A model generated the notes under the pieces. That model did no database searches and was not told the DNA's origin. It saw nothing but the letters and a program-made list of their open reading frames with translations. A stretch of 63,665 nucleotides of DNA, filler included, from Rhabdomonas costata (Eukaryota), in NCBI GenBank assembly GCA_019059605.1. It is 53 parts of 53 records of this genome, joined end to end, with 100 filler letters (N's around TTAATTAATTAA, not from the genome) between each part and the next. Parts side by side here need not be neighbours in the genome. Positions count along the whole stretch, not along the records: positions 61,361 to 62,462 come from JAHMHO010028480.1; positions 62,563 to 63,665 come from JAHMHO010028481.1; 51 more parts are not named here. One strand, written 5' to 3'. Below are positions 61,657 to 63,665 of this stretch, one piece after another. Numbering within the stretch: the first letter of the stretch is position 1; every line of letters starts with the position of its first letter. The position numbers and the translations under genes are program-made.

Positions 61657-63665
61657 CTGAGGGAGAGGCGACAAGGGAAGAACTCTACCCCACCCCTTCT
61701 CCCTTCAGGTAGTTCATCCTGGACGAGGACACACCACACCCCGCACGACCACATTGGTCAGGGATGCATCGGGTATGCAGCGAGGGGATTTTTCGGGTAA
61801 TTTTTCCGGCGAATTGGGTTCAAAGAATCCAAGTTACAGGAAAATGAATGGCGGCATCAGATTTCCATTCAGGTTGAGTCAGTGCCCAGCGGTACTGAAC
61901 ACACGATCTTGTCTGTGAGGTTGAGACAGACAAAGGAAGGGAAAGGTGGTAGTCAGTTGGCACTGGGCGAAAACCTCATAGGAGCCCAAGTGGAAGGTGC
62001 CGAATCTCCCGGCGAGGGAGGTCTTAAGATGCTCGTAGGCCAGGGGATCCGGCTTATGCAGAGACAAGTAGTTGAAGGTGTGGACATAGTACATGGAAAT
62101 GAGTGACGAGCGCCATTAGCTGCGCGGTTGCCTATCAGATTCATTGGGCGGAAGCCATTTCCCATTAGTACCACCATAGCACTAAAACGAGGTCTCAGCC
62201 AGCATTACTTCCTCGCCATGCCTCCTCAAACGTAACACTGCTTGACATTCAGATGGCTGTAAATTAAGTTTATTAAGGTGCAGCGGTCTGCAACGAGAGA
62301 GAGAAACAATAAACGTGCACACATACGACATACCCGCGGCCAAAGCAGGCCCTACCACACCCCGAGCCTTGAGGCCGTCTGAGGTCAGCTCTGCCCCAGG
62401 GTGCTGGCCCCTTTCGAAGTCCACGGGGGAGGAAGATGGCTCCGCAGTGATCGGGGAGCTGTNNNNNNNNNNNNNNNNNNNNNNNNNNNNNNNNNNNNNN
62501 NNNNNNTTAATTAATTAANNNNNNNNNNNNNNNNNNNNNNNNNNNNNNNNNNNNNNNNNNNNGGGTGGGGGGTTCATCGAACGAGCTTTGGAAGATGAAG
62601 CGCTTTTAGTGCGACCGCAGTTGGGATGAAGAACCCGGAGCACGCAGTCGAAAGAATCCTCTTCCACGACTTCGCACATCGTGATCTTGGTCCGAAACAC
62701 AACAGCTGTGTTTTGCTGTTCGTGTGAAATGGATGCAGGACAACATCATCAATGCCTCGAACAAAAACACAAGCTGATTCTACAAACCTGTGGGAGACCA
62801 CGAGAAGTTTCTGCCCACGAGGGTCGCGTGTATGATGCATACGATTGTTTCTCACGAAACCCCAGTTAGCTCCATACCCAAGGAAACGTTGTCATGAAGG
62901 ACAATTCCGACTCTTGGCCAGCAGTGCTAACCGTTTGGTAGGATGCCAAAAGCGTATATATAAGTGCAGTGAGAGCACAGATGTGTGGTGCACCACAAAG
63001 CACGAGAATGAAAGACTGTGCGCCGAGAGGGAAGAGGGGCGTGGCGGAAGAGGGACATGGGTAACCGCTAACATTGGTTCCTTCGACGACCTCAGCACGA
63101 CAGAGTGCGTACCACTGAACAAATTTCGAACAAACTGCGCCGTCAGATCTAGCCAAATCCCGAAAAAAGAAGGCTACAGCCACTAGTTCTACGGACCAAA
63201 TCCGAGGGGTTCAACACACTCTTTCCATTAAATCTGTCGCAGGACACCCAACGAGATTCACTGGCAAAGAGAATCGGACTCGAGGTATTGTTCAGCCATC
63301 ACACCCACCCGACCACACACGTACACGCACAGACACTCAAAGAAACCATCGTTCGCGCATCGGGCAAAGCTGCTTAGCGCAAGGTTGCCCAATCCCACGG
63401 GAAAGGGGACCAAACGGCCCAATCAGTGACTGAACTGAAACGAGAAAATGAAAAGGGTAGAAGAGACACAATATAGGCACATCTCTGAGAAGCCACCCAG
63501 ATCCAATCGCCCGATGAAAAAGAGCAGGGGAGGGGGCGGGAAAAAGGATGGAAAGCCCTCAGAATTGCCATTGCAAACAAATCGCTGGCACTCCATAAGT
63601 CGCCAGCGCCCGAAAACGCAAACAGACTGTAAAACTATGCATGAACACCAACAGCAGTACTAGGG

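Larger units (their letters stand above)
1105..62562. other. 52 artificial contig spacers (N44-TTAATTAATTAA-N44), one every ~1203 nt; first 1105-1204, last 62463-62562
   Basis: The same N-flanked six-frame stop linker recurs at regular intervals. Contigs between spacers are all about 1.10 kb and unrelated to their neighbours. Confidence 0.99.

Overview
This window is not contiguous DNA. It holds 53 unrelated contigs of about 1.1 kb, all nearly the same length, joined by an artificial ~100-nt spacer (N44-TTAATTAATTAA-N44, stops in all six frames). The source is an intron-rich flagellated eukaryote, most likely a euglenid; this is inferred from GT-N-Y-G splice donors, flagellar genes, bacterial-type adenylate cyclases and CRE-type retroelements. 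G/T-only 5' ends, A/C-only 3' ends and contig-terminal fold-backs point to random-primed whole-genome amplification (WGA). Most ORF-track entries are spurious because real genes appear as short GT-AG-bounded exons. Recognisable gene fragments: DRC7/CCDC135, DNAH10, TFIIH p44, two class III adenylate cyclase pieces, a YbaK-family protein, an OST3/6-like protein, a B3GLCT-like GT31, a TMBIM/GAAP protein, an M20 peptidase, a mitochondrial carrier, a TTLL, and kelch, PH and GOLD domain proteins. Most interesting: (i) a family of six-cysteine modules encoded one per phase-1 exon in three contigs; (ii) a protein ending in a small bacterial-like 'F-x-TGS-x-G' domain plus an NLS and a PIP-box-like motif; (iii) two opposed CRE-type retroelement relics; (iv) several MITE-like, hairpin and phased-A-tract repeat families. 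No rRNA, tRNA or CRISPR was seen. All family assignments come from motif recognition by eye, not database searches.
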